64,000 nt of DNA from Monocercomonoides exilis PA203 (lineage: Eukaryota > Protista > Preaxostyla). Below are positions 39,501 to 55,810 of the stretch, piece by piece (positions within the stretch are counted from its first letter, which is position 1; each line of letters opens with the position of its first letter). The notes beneath the pieces are model-generated. The model ran no database searches. It saw only the letters and a program-made list of their open reading frames with translations, and was not told the DNA's origin. The translations under genes and the position numbers were made by a program. The stretch spans positions 310,001 through 374,000 of the forward strand of contig LSRY02000053.1 of NCBI GenBank assembly GCA_001643675.2, given 5' to 3'.

Positions 39501-41227
39501 TTCAATCATTGCTGTCTTTCCGGCTGAGGTTTCTCCTTCAAGCAGAACAGGAAAACTGCACACAGACACCGCCCGGCACACCTCCTTCAGGTGTTTCCGC
39601 ACGGTTTCAGTGACCACGTAGTCTGGGTCGATGATCTGTGGGTCCTTTCCCATGCGGATGTAGATGCCATCCACTTCAATCAGCCCGTTAGTCATTATCA
39701 AAGAGAACGTGGATGAGGCTGAGGCAGAGGCAGACGCTGTTGAGAGTGCAGAGGATGCTTTGATGAGCATTGCTTTGCTCCTCTTCTTCTCTTCGTCAGG
39801 TGTAAATCTTTCTCTGATTGCCTTCTCCACCACTGCCTGTGACGCATCGCACAACGGAGACGCAAAGAGCATCATGAATCCGTCATAAAGAGCCTGCATC
39901 TGTCCATAGAGTGGCTTCTTGTCCACAAAAAACTCCGGTTTCCTGACTGCAAGACGAGCATGCTGCAGTGCCCTGCACAACGTTCTGAGTGAGAAATGCG
40001 GCGATTTCCCCGCGTTGTCTGCCAGCTGCCCGGAAGCAGCAAGCTGTCTCAGATGCAGATACAGCTGGGCAGAGTGCTGGGAGATGGTCAGAGGTGACTC
40101 ATTCCCTGTGGCCTGGTCTCCCCTCAGGTAGCTGTCACACAGCTTCGTCAGCTCGTTCTCGTCTGTCATCTCCTCCACATAATACTCTGTGAACCTCGAC
40201 CGCAGCAGCGCAGGTAGAGCTTTCTTTCCTGCGTCCCCTGGAGGATTCATACAAGTGAAGAGGCGGAAGTCCGGGTGCCGCTGGATGGGCTGTGTGTCCC
40301 CCCGCTCAAAGAGCCATGTGGTTCCATTGGGCGACTCGGCAATGGCGTGCAGTCGCTCTAACGTCTCTGGGGAGGCCATGTTGATTTCGTCGAGGAGGAG
40401 CCAGTGGCCTTCCTTTAAGGCACGCACAAGAACACCTTCGATGAAGGAGAAGCCGAAGGAGAGGGAGTTTGATGAGGAGGAAGATGATGATGATGATTGT
40501 GTTATGCTTTCGTTATCTTTGTGTCTTTTGCTGCTTTTCCTTTTCTTGTGTTCTTTTGTTGCTTCTGAAGATGTTCCTGTCGATTGTGATGAATTAGGCA
40601 TGGCATCAATCAATTGAAGCTCGATTTTCTCCAAACGAACACGAAAAGACGACCATTTTTGTGGGATTGCAAGCTCTTTTTCATTTTCTTCTTCATTTTG
40701 CTGCTTCGCTTCATTGTCATCATCATCAAGTGAGACTGATGAAGAATCTGTTTTGCCTTCTCTTCTCTCTCTCTCTCTTTCTCTTTCCTTCTCCTTTCGC
40801 TGCGCATACAACACACACGCTGCCTTCATCATATGAACAGCTGTGATCCACTCCCTCTTCTCAAACGTCGCACTCAGGTTGTTCAAAAACCCTGCATTTT
40901 GTGTCTGGTCAAAGCACTCCACAAACAGCTCCCGGAAGCTCTCAATCAGCGGCTGGATGAGTCTGTCCATTGAGACCGGGCGGAACCCGCCAAAAAGATC
41001 AGACGCGTCGCTCTGGATGCTCAGGTTGTGCACCAGCAGCGATTTGCCCATCATCGCCGCCAGCTGCTGCACGGTGGACGTTTTGCCTGTTCCCGTCTCA
41101 CCTACAAGCAGGACAGCCTCTGACGACATCACACAGCCACTCACGTGCTCCAGCATCCGCAGAGAGGATGGGGTGCGCGCGAATGGAATGCGATATCGCT
41201 TGGATGAGGAAGACGTTGAAGAAGAAG

Positions 41228-41258
<31 letters not shown>

Positions 41259-42326
41259 TGAAGAAGAAGATGATGATGATGAAAATGCCATTTGTAACTG
41301 TGACAAGCTGTACAATTCGGATGAATGAGCTGATCGAGGGTGCTTCAAGCAGACAGAAGAAAAAGGGGAAGATGCTGGAACGAAACCAAAAATGTAGTCC
41401 GCGCATTGCTTCGACATCAGATCCACGATTCTTTCTGGCTCTCTTCCTTCATTCTGCTTGGCGACGGCATTAAGACGAGTAAACCATTTGAACATATCTC
41501 GAAGCGTCATGGGTCTTCCCATTAATTCTAAAGAAGTTATCTGTGTTTTCTTTTCGTTCTTTTTCTCATCTTCTAGCTTTCCATCATTTTTCTCTGATAT
41601 GCTGTTCAGAATATTAAAGTAATCACGAAGTAATTTTTTGCTCATTCCACTTAGAGAAGGAAATCTCTGTGAAACAACAGTCTCTAATTCTTTTGATGGA
41701 AGTTGAGTAAGCATTACAGTTGTTGAATGCTTTTCGATCAATGAAGTTACTAAGTTTCTTGAGATATCTAATGAAGAACTTTCTCCTGTGGTTACCGTGA
41801 AGAACAAACGAAACGAAGGATGTGCATGGAATTCTTCACCACGTGACGGAATAAGTAATTTCCGTGTTTCGAACAAAGGTGTCAATGTAGCGACAACATC
41901 AGATGATAAATGATCAGCATTTTCAAGAACAAGCCAATATCCATTTATCACAGAATTAGTAATTAAGCTTGTCTGCCACTCAAATACCCCAGGAACATCT
42001 GTGCAAATATATGAGCCTGGCAGATCTTTTGCGTCTGATTGATCACTCAAAAACAATGTTATTAAATGATTGTGCGTTCTTTCTGCTAGTTCCTGTATAA
42101 GAAGTGATTTTCCACATCCTGGAGGTCCACAAACTAATGTTGGCTTGATTAATTTCTGTTCTAATTCTGATTCATCTGTATCTTTGACAATTATCTCAGA
42201 TAATTGTTTTTCTGATTTCTGATGAAGTAGAGGACAACCACATGCTGCAGATAATGATAGCAAATTCTTTAATGATGTTGGTGTTTGTATAAAAACTGAT
42301 TTTTGTGATTTTCCTCTTTGATTCAT
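18537..42326 (-). CDS. MDN1: Midasin (Rea1/MDN1), AAA+ ATPase for 60S ribosome maturation
   Basis: Six tandem AAA modules with Walker A motifs GPPGCGKS, GETGTGKT, GETSAGKT, GETGCGKT, GFPGVGKT, GPSGVGKT; long linker; D/E-rich tail; C-terminal MIDAS/VWA (TGRRLNMRRVIPYIASHFRKDKIW...IAIDDSRSM...FPFPYY...LRQWFE). Confidence 0.98.
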
Positions 42327-42478
42327 CAAAAATTAGCTTTTTAAAAAAGTGATGAAAAATAGAAAAATAATGGATAAGATTACATTGAAAATGGTTTTGA
42401 TCACAAAATAAAAAAAAATCAAACAAAAGATGCATGGTTGCCAAAAAACATGCAAAAGAAAAATAGTCTAATAAAACA

Positions 42479-43324
42479 TTACTGAAGAAAAGATCTTGTT
42501 TGCAGCACTTCGCACTTTGTGTGTGCTTCATGAGGAAGAATAAATGTCTTAACAGTTCCATCAGTGAACGCAATATGAAGGAGAGTCTGCCCATCCGAAC
42601 TGGAAAATGAAGTGATTGATGATGTGTCCTGCAGTTTGTACTCGGCTGTGTTGATTTGCGTAAAGTTGTCGATGTCTGGGGCATTGGGTGTTCTGAAAAG
42701 AGCAACTACTTTGTTTGCGGCTCTTAGGGGAGCTGTTGTTAGCTGCTGGAAAAATGATCTTGTGGACGAAGGAGGGGATTTCTTTTCGATTTCTGGAGAT
42801 GATGAAGATTTGGCCTGTGTATCTGGAGAAGAAGCTGAGGAAGGCGGAGAGGAGGAAGGGGTGGATGAATCAGAGGGAGATGAAGAGGGAGAAGATGGAA
42901 CTGAAGTGGTGGAAGAAGGAGATGTTGAAGAAGAGGAAGAGGAAGAGGAAGAGGAAGAAGAAGATGATGATGATGAATCATCGTCAGCAGCAGATGAAGG
43001 AAGCTCAGGAATGACAGGGAGTTGGAAGATGTGGATGGTTGGAGTTGTGCTTGTCATGGCAAGAAAGCGGTTGTCCGTTGAGAAAGACAAATCTGAATGG
43101 GATTAAAAAAAAAAAGGAAAGAGAAAAAGAGAAAAAGAAAAAGAAGAGAGTAATGTCAGAGCGAATATAGAACGGGGAAAACAAGAAAGCAAGCAAGAAT
43201 GAATGAAAGAAAATGAGTTCAGCATATTTCATTTTTTGAAGAAGAGAAACGAAATTTTCAAGCGGTAAGTATTAATATATTAATATGAATCCAGTAATGG
43301 GGAAAAAAAAAGAGAGAGAGAGAG

Positions 43325-43363
<39 letters not shown>

Positions 43364-43378
43364 GAAAGAGGGAGATAG

Positions 43379-43460
<82 letters not shown>

Positions 43461-44897
43461 TCAACACACTTTTCACTTGAACAGGCTTTCCGAGTTGAGA
43501 CGAGCGTCTGCAAGTCACTTTGAGCTCTCCTGTGTCTGTCGACCACACTCTGGCATATTTGCCCTGTTTTCAAGGAGATATGTTACAAAAAGTTATCAAA
43601 AATAGAAATTATTTAAAAAAGAAATAGAAAATGAAAGGTTAATTTTTAAAAAAAGAAAGAAAGAAAAACACATAAAAAACGAAAAAAATACAATCAAAAA
43701 TGCATCATAATCGAATTTATTAAAGTGGGAAATATAAAGAAAATGAAAACGACATGCGTTAGTTATGAAGGTCGTTTCATACATCAGATGAAGCAGTTGC
43801 AAACAACGCACCGTCTCTGCTGAAACGAATGATCTGCAAAGGATGGTTGTGGGCAGCTATTACGTAGAGCGGAAGCGACGTCTGAATAAACGTGGACGGA
43901 GCTCCGGAGCTGCTGCTGTTTGTCGATGAGTCGCTAGGCTTTGGTGACACAAGCTTAATAAATTCTTCATCTATCACACACGTTGGAATCGTTTCAGGCA
44001 TTCTTTCTTCTTCTTCTTCTTCTTCATACTCTTCCTCTTCCTCTTCGTATTCGGGATTCCACGACATTGTCAGCTTCACCATTATTCCTGGAATCCCGTC
44101 TATTTCACTTCTCAGTCCGTCATTTTCTTCACTTGCAAATGTCTCGCTGGTTGATTTACATAATGTTCTCAATGACTGGTCTTGCAAATCAATCAGTGCA
44201 ATAAGTGATTGTTCTTTTGTCAATGGAATCGCTAAGCAATTTCTTGGACATCTAAATGGAAGATCTTTATCACCATGAAGATTTGATAAATCTACATTTG
44301 AGCTTGTAAAGATATCAGTTTCTAAAATAATTTTCAAATTTTGTTGAATAAACAATGATAGAATAAATTTTCATGACATTACATACTCATTTCAATACGT
44401 GCTATTGGCTTTAGATCCGCTAAAGAGAAAATAAGGATACATGACTCAAAAACAACAACAATTCTTTTCGAATAGTAAAATTGACACTCATTTCAAATTT
44501 TTTGAAAATTCGAACCTTGCTTGATTCATTTTTATTGAAACGATTGGAATAGTAAAATATACGCATCCGAGTACGTTATCCTTTTCAACATCAACACATA
44601 CAAGTGCATAAAATGTTTTTCCTTCTTTTTTAATTGTTGTAGCATATGCCACAAGTTTTGTCCCAAACAATTGCTCTGCCATGCTTACATTGTATCTTTG
44701 TTCTGTAAAATTATTAATTGATTATACAGGATAATTTTAGCTTGAAGAAAACTGTTATACATACGGACATGAAAAGCCTGATGTCCGTCGCTTGTTCGAT
44801 TAAATCCAAATCCTTGCTTTGTAGCAAAAATAAGGTTCGTTCCGATTGAATTGAATGATATGTAATTAAAACGGCTTCGACTATCTAAAAAAAACAT
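42479..44897 (-). CDS. Atg18/WIPI/Hsv2-family (PROPPIN) WD40 beta-propeller, multi-exon
   Basis: YISFNSIGTNLIFATKQGF; MAEQLFGTKLVAY; IAAHNHPLQIIRFSRDGALFATASSD|GKYARVWSTDTGELKVTCRRS; LSFSTDNRFLAMTSTTPTIHIFQL. These match PROPPIN blades in order. The exact start exon is uncertain. Confidence 0.85.
43310..43457. repeat. Compound microsatellite (GA)n-(GAAA)n-(GA)n-(GATA)n-(GA)n in a PROPPIN intron
   Basis: Directly visible tandem repeats. Confidence 0.95.
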
Positions 44898-45122
44898 TTA
44901 ATCAAAACCTCGATCAAGTGCCCTTTTTAATTTTAGGATGACATGAATAACACGAAAATGTTACATGATAATTCGCTCAACAGCAAAAATAAAATAAGCA
45001 AATAGTGTGAAAAGAATAAAATCATTTAAATACAACGAGTTGTTAGCAATTAACAGAAATTTCTGTTGGTATAACACAAAGTTCAAAAAAAATAAAGCAA
45101 TGAAGAAACTAGAAAATGGATT

Positions 45123-49820
<4,698 letters not shown>

Positions 49821-50105
49821 TTTAGTTTGTATTATCAACTCTCTATAGCAGCCATATAGAAAAATTATTACACAAATAATCCAAAGAAAATTATTGTAAA
49901 TAAATAAAGCATTCAAACAAAAATTGCTTTTTCTCACCGGCAAGAATTGTTTTGTTCGAAAATATTTATTTAAAGAATAATATGGGATGAATTCAAACTG
50001 AAAATCGGATGCAATCAACACATTAGCTTTATCCAATTTTGAATATCTGAACTATGGATAATTTGTTTGCAAATCAACAAATAGGACACTTATAATTTGT
50101 GATGG

Positions 50106-51212
50106 ATGTCTTTTCTAATTTTAAAATGCTATTCTTGCGACACATATCAAATACATCCACAAAAAAAGATCAAAAAATTTGTTTGTAAACTATGTGGCGC
50201 TTCTCAGTCTATTCAAAAGGTGATTCAATTTTCTGATAGTGCCAAAGGTGAGTCTTTTTCATGTTTTCAGATTTTAACTTCAGAATACATTTTTTGGTTG
50301 TTAACTTTTGATAAAGAATTACGCCCAATTGTGCAGGAACTTAACATGAGACAAGGAAAAGCAAAAGAAGAAGCTGAAATGTTGAATCAACAAATATCGC
50401 AAGAAGCGTTATCTTTTTATGCACCTCAATTGAGCGCTCCTTCGTTTCCTCAGAGATCAGAATGGGAAGAATTTGACGATTTAATAGATGAGACGGAAGG
50501 TTCAAAAGCCGAACGATCTGTTGATAAAACTGACATCTCAGGAGATGTGGACACCGTTGATGGGATTCCAATTATCACTTCATTTGACGAAATCAGACAA
50601 AAATCGATTCCAAAGAAAAGCGTCAAAAGGACTACCGCACCTAGAACTTCAGAGTTTTATGAAAATGAAGAGGAATATGATCATTCTTATGATCAAGAGC
50701 AGTCTCAAAAAAAATCTATAGCAGCTCGTCCGCAAATGCAGCCTCTGGCAATTCCTCGTTTGTCTTCGTTCAATACTTCTATACCTCTTTCTTTTGCATT
50801 TGACGCACAACATTCATCACCTGCCTTGAGCAAGCACGCAACTGATAGAAATCATTTAAAGATGAAATCTTCCAACCAATCGACTGAGCAATTTGAAGAG
50901 CCTTCAAAAATCCAAAGGCAAAGCGAGTGGGACGAATTTGGAGATCTTCTTCCTGAAGAAGCATTTTTTGAATCAAAAAGTGAGCGGCCTGCAAAACAGA
51001 TCAAAGCATCAAATGCCAAAGAATCAATTCAAGCATTCAATAGTTCTGATGATAATAAAAAAACCGCATTTTCAAATCAGAAAAGAAAAAGGATCGCTAG
51101 TGAATGGGATGAGTTTGAAGATCTAGATGATCAGGATGAGAAAGTTTCTTCGACTGATGGCGATGACAGGATAGAAGAAGGCACAGATGGTTCAATTTAT
51201 ATAAGAATGTGA
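50106..51212 (+). CDS. MRNIP: MRN-complex-interacting protein-like (UPF0544/C5orf45) zinc-ribbon protein
   Basis: LILKCYSCDTYQIHPQKKIKKFVCKLCGASQSIQKV...AK|ELRPIVQELNMRQG matches the MRNIP N-terminal CxxC...CxxC domain once a 69-nt intron (50248-50316) is removed. Disordered tail. Confidence 0.8.
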   Translation: MSFLILKCYSCDTYQIHPQKKIKKFVCKLCGASQSIQKVIQFSDSAKGESFSCFQILTSEYIFWLLTFDKELRPIVQELNMRQGKAKEEAEMLNQQISQEALSFYAPQLSAPSFPQRSEWEEFDDLIDETEGSKAERSVDKTDISGDVDTVDGIPIITSFDEIRQKSIPKKSVKRTTAPRTSEFYENEEEYDHSYDQEQSQKKSIAARPQMQPLAIPRLSSFNTSIPLSFAFDAQHSSPALSKHATDRNHLKMKSSNQSTEQFEEPSKIQRQSEWDEFGDLLPEEAFFESKSERPAKQIKASNAKESIQAFNSSDDNKKTAFSNQKRKRIASEWDEFEDLDDQDEKVSSTDGDDRIEEGTDGSIYIRM

Positions 51213-51708
51213 TGATCTCCTATTTTGTTTCAATGATGAAGATCAAAAAACAAAAGATGTGAATGGATTATTCACTTTTATTTTTTTTTTAAAAAAAAGA
51301 TTTGATTTGTTTAATTTTTTGTTGAATACTGTGTTTTGCTTGAAAGTTAAATTTACAAAGAAAATTTGAATCAAAAACATTCAAACTTTTCGTATGTTTT
51401 GAATAGTTGAAATGATGGCACGTAATAATTATAGTGGTATGTGAAATTATTCATGAAAAATAAAATTAAATAAAAAATATTCTTTTTTCCAAATTGCAAA
51501 TTAACTTTTAAGAAGTACTGACTTTTTTTTTTTTCTTTAATATTCGTTTTTGATTATGGATAGCAACTTTAATTTGGGAATGCAAATTGAAAGATTTTTC
51601 TAATTCCGTTGGACTTGCTCAATAAATTGAATTTTGATATCACACTTCCTTTTTTTTTTTTTTTTTTTTTTTGAATTTCTGAAAATATTGCTTGTGCAGC
51701 ATTAATCT

Positions 51709-52830
51709 TTAAAAATTGGAAAACAAATCTAAAATGAGAGTTTTCATCAAATAGCATCGGAAAACGAAGAAGAAGAGTCCTAGCAATGCACTCTTTTCAT
51801 ATCTCCTCCATAATCTATTAATTTTTGAATAAATAGCAGGAGAAAACCGAGTGTATTCGAAGGCGGCTTCAAAAATAGCCTTTTGAAGAAACATTTCCAT
51901 CTTTTCTCCTTTCTCCTTTTCCCTAAATCGAATGAAGTGCACTCAATAGCTTCGACTTCCGTGCGTAATCTTCATGAACAGTTCTGCAACTGGTGTTTTA
52001 TAGCACACTTGCGAAGCTGAAATCCACAAACTTCATGAGCCGTGATTCGTTTCTCTCAAATTCAACTTCGTCCTTTCTTCTGCCTCATGTCCCAATTCAC
52101 AATGGCTGAAGCATAAACATCTGCTTCACAGATTCCCCCGAATTTCAACTTTCTTCCATCTTTTCCCTCTCGAAGAAGATAACTTCATTTTCATGTTTCA
52201 TTGGCAACCTTCGGAGGTGATATAATTTGCTGTGAATACTTTTCGCTCCTTTTTCTTTGAGCTCTGCTTTCTGCATAATCCAATCTTCGTTGTTCATCAT
52301 TGACACGATAAACTGAAAGAAGGAGATCATTTCATGTGAGATTTAAGTTTGGCCATGGTTTTCAGTTTCATTGTTGGAAAAGCTGTTATATTCTTTTTAT
52401 AAATGATTTGTTCGTTTTAAAAATACAGATTCGCTAGGAATCGTGTCCTCAAAATCTGCTTGTCCGCAAATCACAGTTCTTCCATTTTGTATTTTTTCCA
52501 GCTATGTTCATAAGATAAGTTTGATTTTTCATTTTTAATAATCGCATTTTTTATCGCTTTTGCCAGAGAGAATACCACATACAATTTTACAAACACTTTC
52601 AAATTAAAAAAATGAAAATTTATGCAAACCTCCAAATATCTTGCTCCCCTCCCCACAGAAATGACTGAATCATCTCCAGCAAAGGACTTTTGCTTTTCAT
52701 CAGATACTGTTTTCCAAATCCTTTCCCGCGATTTGAAAACGATTTTCATTGGAAATAATGGCTTCACTCCCAAAGCACAGACTGATAATTACGGGTTGTT
52801 TCTCAGAATTTGCCCAGAAATGGGACGAAA
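51709..52830 (-). pseudogene. Possible decayed coding sequence of unknown type
   Basis: Less AT-rich than the flanks, with protein-like minus-strand fragments (52471-52773, 52145-52330, 51709-51942) broken by stops and frameshifts. No motif recognised. Confidence 0.3.
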
Positions 52831-53257
52831 TTTTTTGTTTTACGAATTTTGTTCCACGCAGTTCTTTCAAAGATTTTTTTCAGTTTTAATATTACTATAT
52901 TTAATATTGCACGATAGTGTTAGTATTTCAATCATTCGATTGCAGAAAAAGTTTGGAACAAATCATTGAAATTTTCATAAATGAAAGAATTCTGTTTCAA
53001 ATAGCATTCAATTTTTGAAAAAAATTTTTATGCAATAGATCACTTTGAATTTTTAAACGATTTACTTGATCTCCGAAGCAAATAACATTGAGCGAGCTTA
53101 ATACGAGTTTTTTCCTTCAACAGCAAATTTTTGTCAAGTTAATCCGTTTGATTAGAAATTATTCTCGCAGTACTTGTTAGATAAATAAAAATGTTTGTAT
53201 TTGTCTATTATCTTGTTTGTAATTTTAATGTAAATTTATATTTGCAAAGAACATATA

Positions 53258-54856
53258 ATGAAGAAAGCAATTCCATTTTATCAAATTAAGGAAGAGGAAG
53301 AAGATTATGAAGAAGGTGATTTCAGTGGTGATTATTATGAAGATGAAGAAGGGGAAGAGGATTATGATGAAAGCGATGAAGAAGAATTCAAATCAGATCT
53401 CACAGAAAAGTTTACAAGTTTGTGGTTATTTCTTTTGATAAAACATTCGATGTTTTGAGTGTTTTTATGATTTGTCAGGATCGTTTAATGAGCTGATGGA
53501 ATTAACTGATGATAAACAAAAAAATAAAAAAATTTTTGAAATGAGGGAAATGATGGAGGAGATGAATAGAAAAGAGATTGAATCTGTGATCACAAAAGAA
53601 ATGTTCGACAAAATAGACAAAATGATTGAAGAAAAGAAATTGACGATGGAAAGTGCAATTTTACTGATGAAGCACATTGGATATTGCAAAGTGCTTAATG
53701 GAGTGTGGAATGACATTTTTGACAAATCTTTGCTGAGCAAAAGAATTCAAAAGATAATTTTTAAAGAAGATAAGAAGATAGGAGGAAAGAAAGAGAATCT
53801 TTTAGACGATCTTTGCGTATGCTATGTAATGTCGTATGAGTTTTCAATGCCTAAGAAATTACTTGTCATTTGTGTACCCCGTCTTCTGAAAATTGCTTTG
53901 AAGAAAGAGGAAGATGAGATAACTCAAAAAGAAGTGGAAATGGCTTTGATGGCTTTGAGCTATATAAAAGACTCTGAAGTGTGAGAATTTCTATATTTTT
54001 TTCAAACATAAATAATTTCTCTTTGTTTATTTTTTAGTGGAAATTTGAAAAAGGACAGTTCTTGCATGAGATCGAAGAGATTGTCCAATATCACCAGGAA
54101 CACCACAATCTGACTCGGCTTGCATATCAATCAGCTTGGCAGTTTTTAATCAACCGATTTCATGAAGATATAACTAACAAAAGTTTAATTGCTATTAAAC
54201 TGCGTCATGCAAGAGTTGGAAGTTTGGAGGATGTAATTGTGAATGAGCTGCATTTTGTGAGAGAAGCAAGAAGAGAATTGGAGGAACTGATGACATGTGT
54301 GAATTGGAAGAAAAAGGAAAATTCGAATGAAGAGAGAAAAATAAAAGCGAAAGAAGAACATACTTTGATGAGATGGATTTTTAAATTGGGATCTTATTTG
54401 GAATACTGTCAGTTGTGGAATGGAGAGTATTCTGGGCTTGTTGACAGCATTGCTCATGTGCTTCGAGCAGCCCAGGATAATTTCGGAGATATTAGCTCCT
54501 GGTGTATCTATTCCTTGAGAAATATGGAGGAAAATGAATCAGCGAATGTCGACGATTTGTTGAAAATTGGAGTGGTTGATGTGTTTTTGGAGGAAATCCA
54601 GCTGCCTACATTGAGAGAAGAGTGTGTAGAAGTGTATATTAATTTTTTTGAAGGGATTTGTGAAAGGTTGAGAGAAAAGATGAAGGATGAAAAGGGAGAA
54701 GAGCAAAGGAAAGAGATGAAAAGGAAGATATTTGACAAGATGGAAGAAGAAGGATACGAAGATTGCATTAGCGGATTGCTGGTGTTCAATTTTAATGTGA
54801 TGCTTGAAGAAAATATTTTGGATTTTGAAATAGAAGACTATTTTGTACAGCTATAA
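53258..54856 (+). CDS. Lineage-specific expanded-family helical protein, 3 exons
   Basis: Introns 53418-53478 and 53979-54037. Motifs DLTEKF, EVEMALMALS, YHQEHHNLTRLAYQSAWQFL, NELHFVREA and KMEEEGYED are shared with the paralogue at 55811-57269. Acidic N-terminus. Confidence 0.85.
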
Positions 54857-55179
54857 AGAAAATGTTCTTTCTGATTTCATTCCTTTTGTTGAAGTCTCAG
54901 AAAAAAGCAGAAGTGGAATGAAACGAAATGGAATGGAATGGATACAGAGATTTCAGGAGAGGCAGATTGAGCCAAATGAGCAAAGGAAAGAAAATGAGAA
55001 GAGAAGAGGAGAGGAGAGAAAGAGAAGAGAAGAGAATAAAACATTTCATTCTGAAGCAACACCTTTGGATGAATACGAAGCATGATCAGCACAAATTGAG
55101 GATTCTTCATTCATTTCATTCAGTCTTCTCGTTATCAACTTCTGATTATGCTTCGATTTCACTCACACTCACGTCCTCG

Positions 55180-55211
<32 letters not shown>

Positions 55212-55810
55212 CACAACATCAATCACCATCGCAACAATCAATCCATCTTATTTTTCGAATATTTGTTTGTGACGTATCATTCTCTATGTAATTCCTGTAA
55301 ATCTCGCTGTATTTTGAAGAATTCTTCGAAACTTTACTTCGGATGCAGCATCACAACAATATTCACGATATAATATCAACATTTTTTAGTATTTTTTTTT
55401 TTTCAGTTCACTGACTTTTCACTTCTCTTCTTCTGAAATCCAAAATCAAATGTTAAAGTGAAACAAGGGAAAAAGCAAAAGGAACATGAAACCACTCAAA
55501 GGAGCAAAGAAGAGATTTTTTAAGTTGATAAATAAGAAATAATATGTCAGCTTTTGACTCATAAAACTTCTTTAGAGACAAATTACTTGTAAAAGTTCTT
55601 TGAAGAAGAAAAGAAGAAAATGCAAGATACTTAAACACTCTATCTTTTTTTTTAACACTTCGTAAAAATGAAGTGAGAAATAATAGAATATTTTTGGGGA
55701 GGAAAAAAAGCTAAAAAATTATTATTGAAATGTGAATTGATAAAAAAAGAAAAGAAAAGAAAAGAAAGAAACATATAAATAAATAAAGCGAAACATTTGA
55801 GCTGCTGAAT

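Noticed and set aside
18685-42705. Many short ORFs antisense or out of frame within midasin and other large genes
   Set aside because: Expected shadows of low-complexity, GC-richer coding sequence, with no motifs.
43258-43573. ORFs with (SL)n and (SIYL)n repeats
   Set aside because: Read-through from a short PROPPIN exon into an intronic microsatellite.
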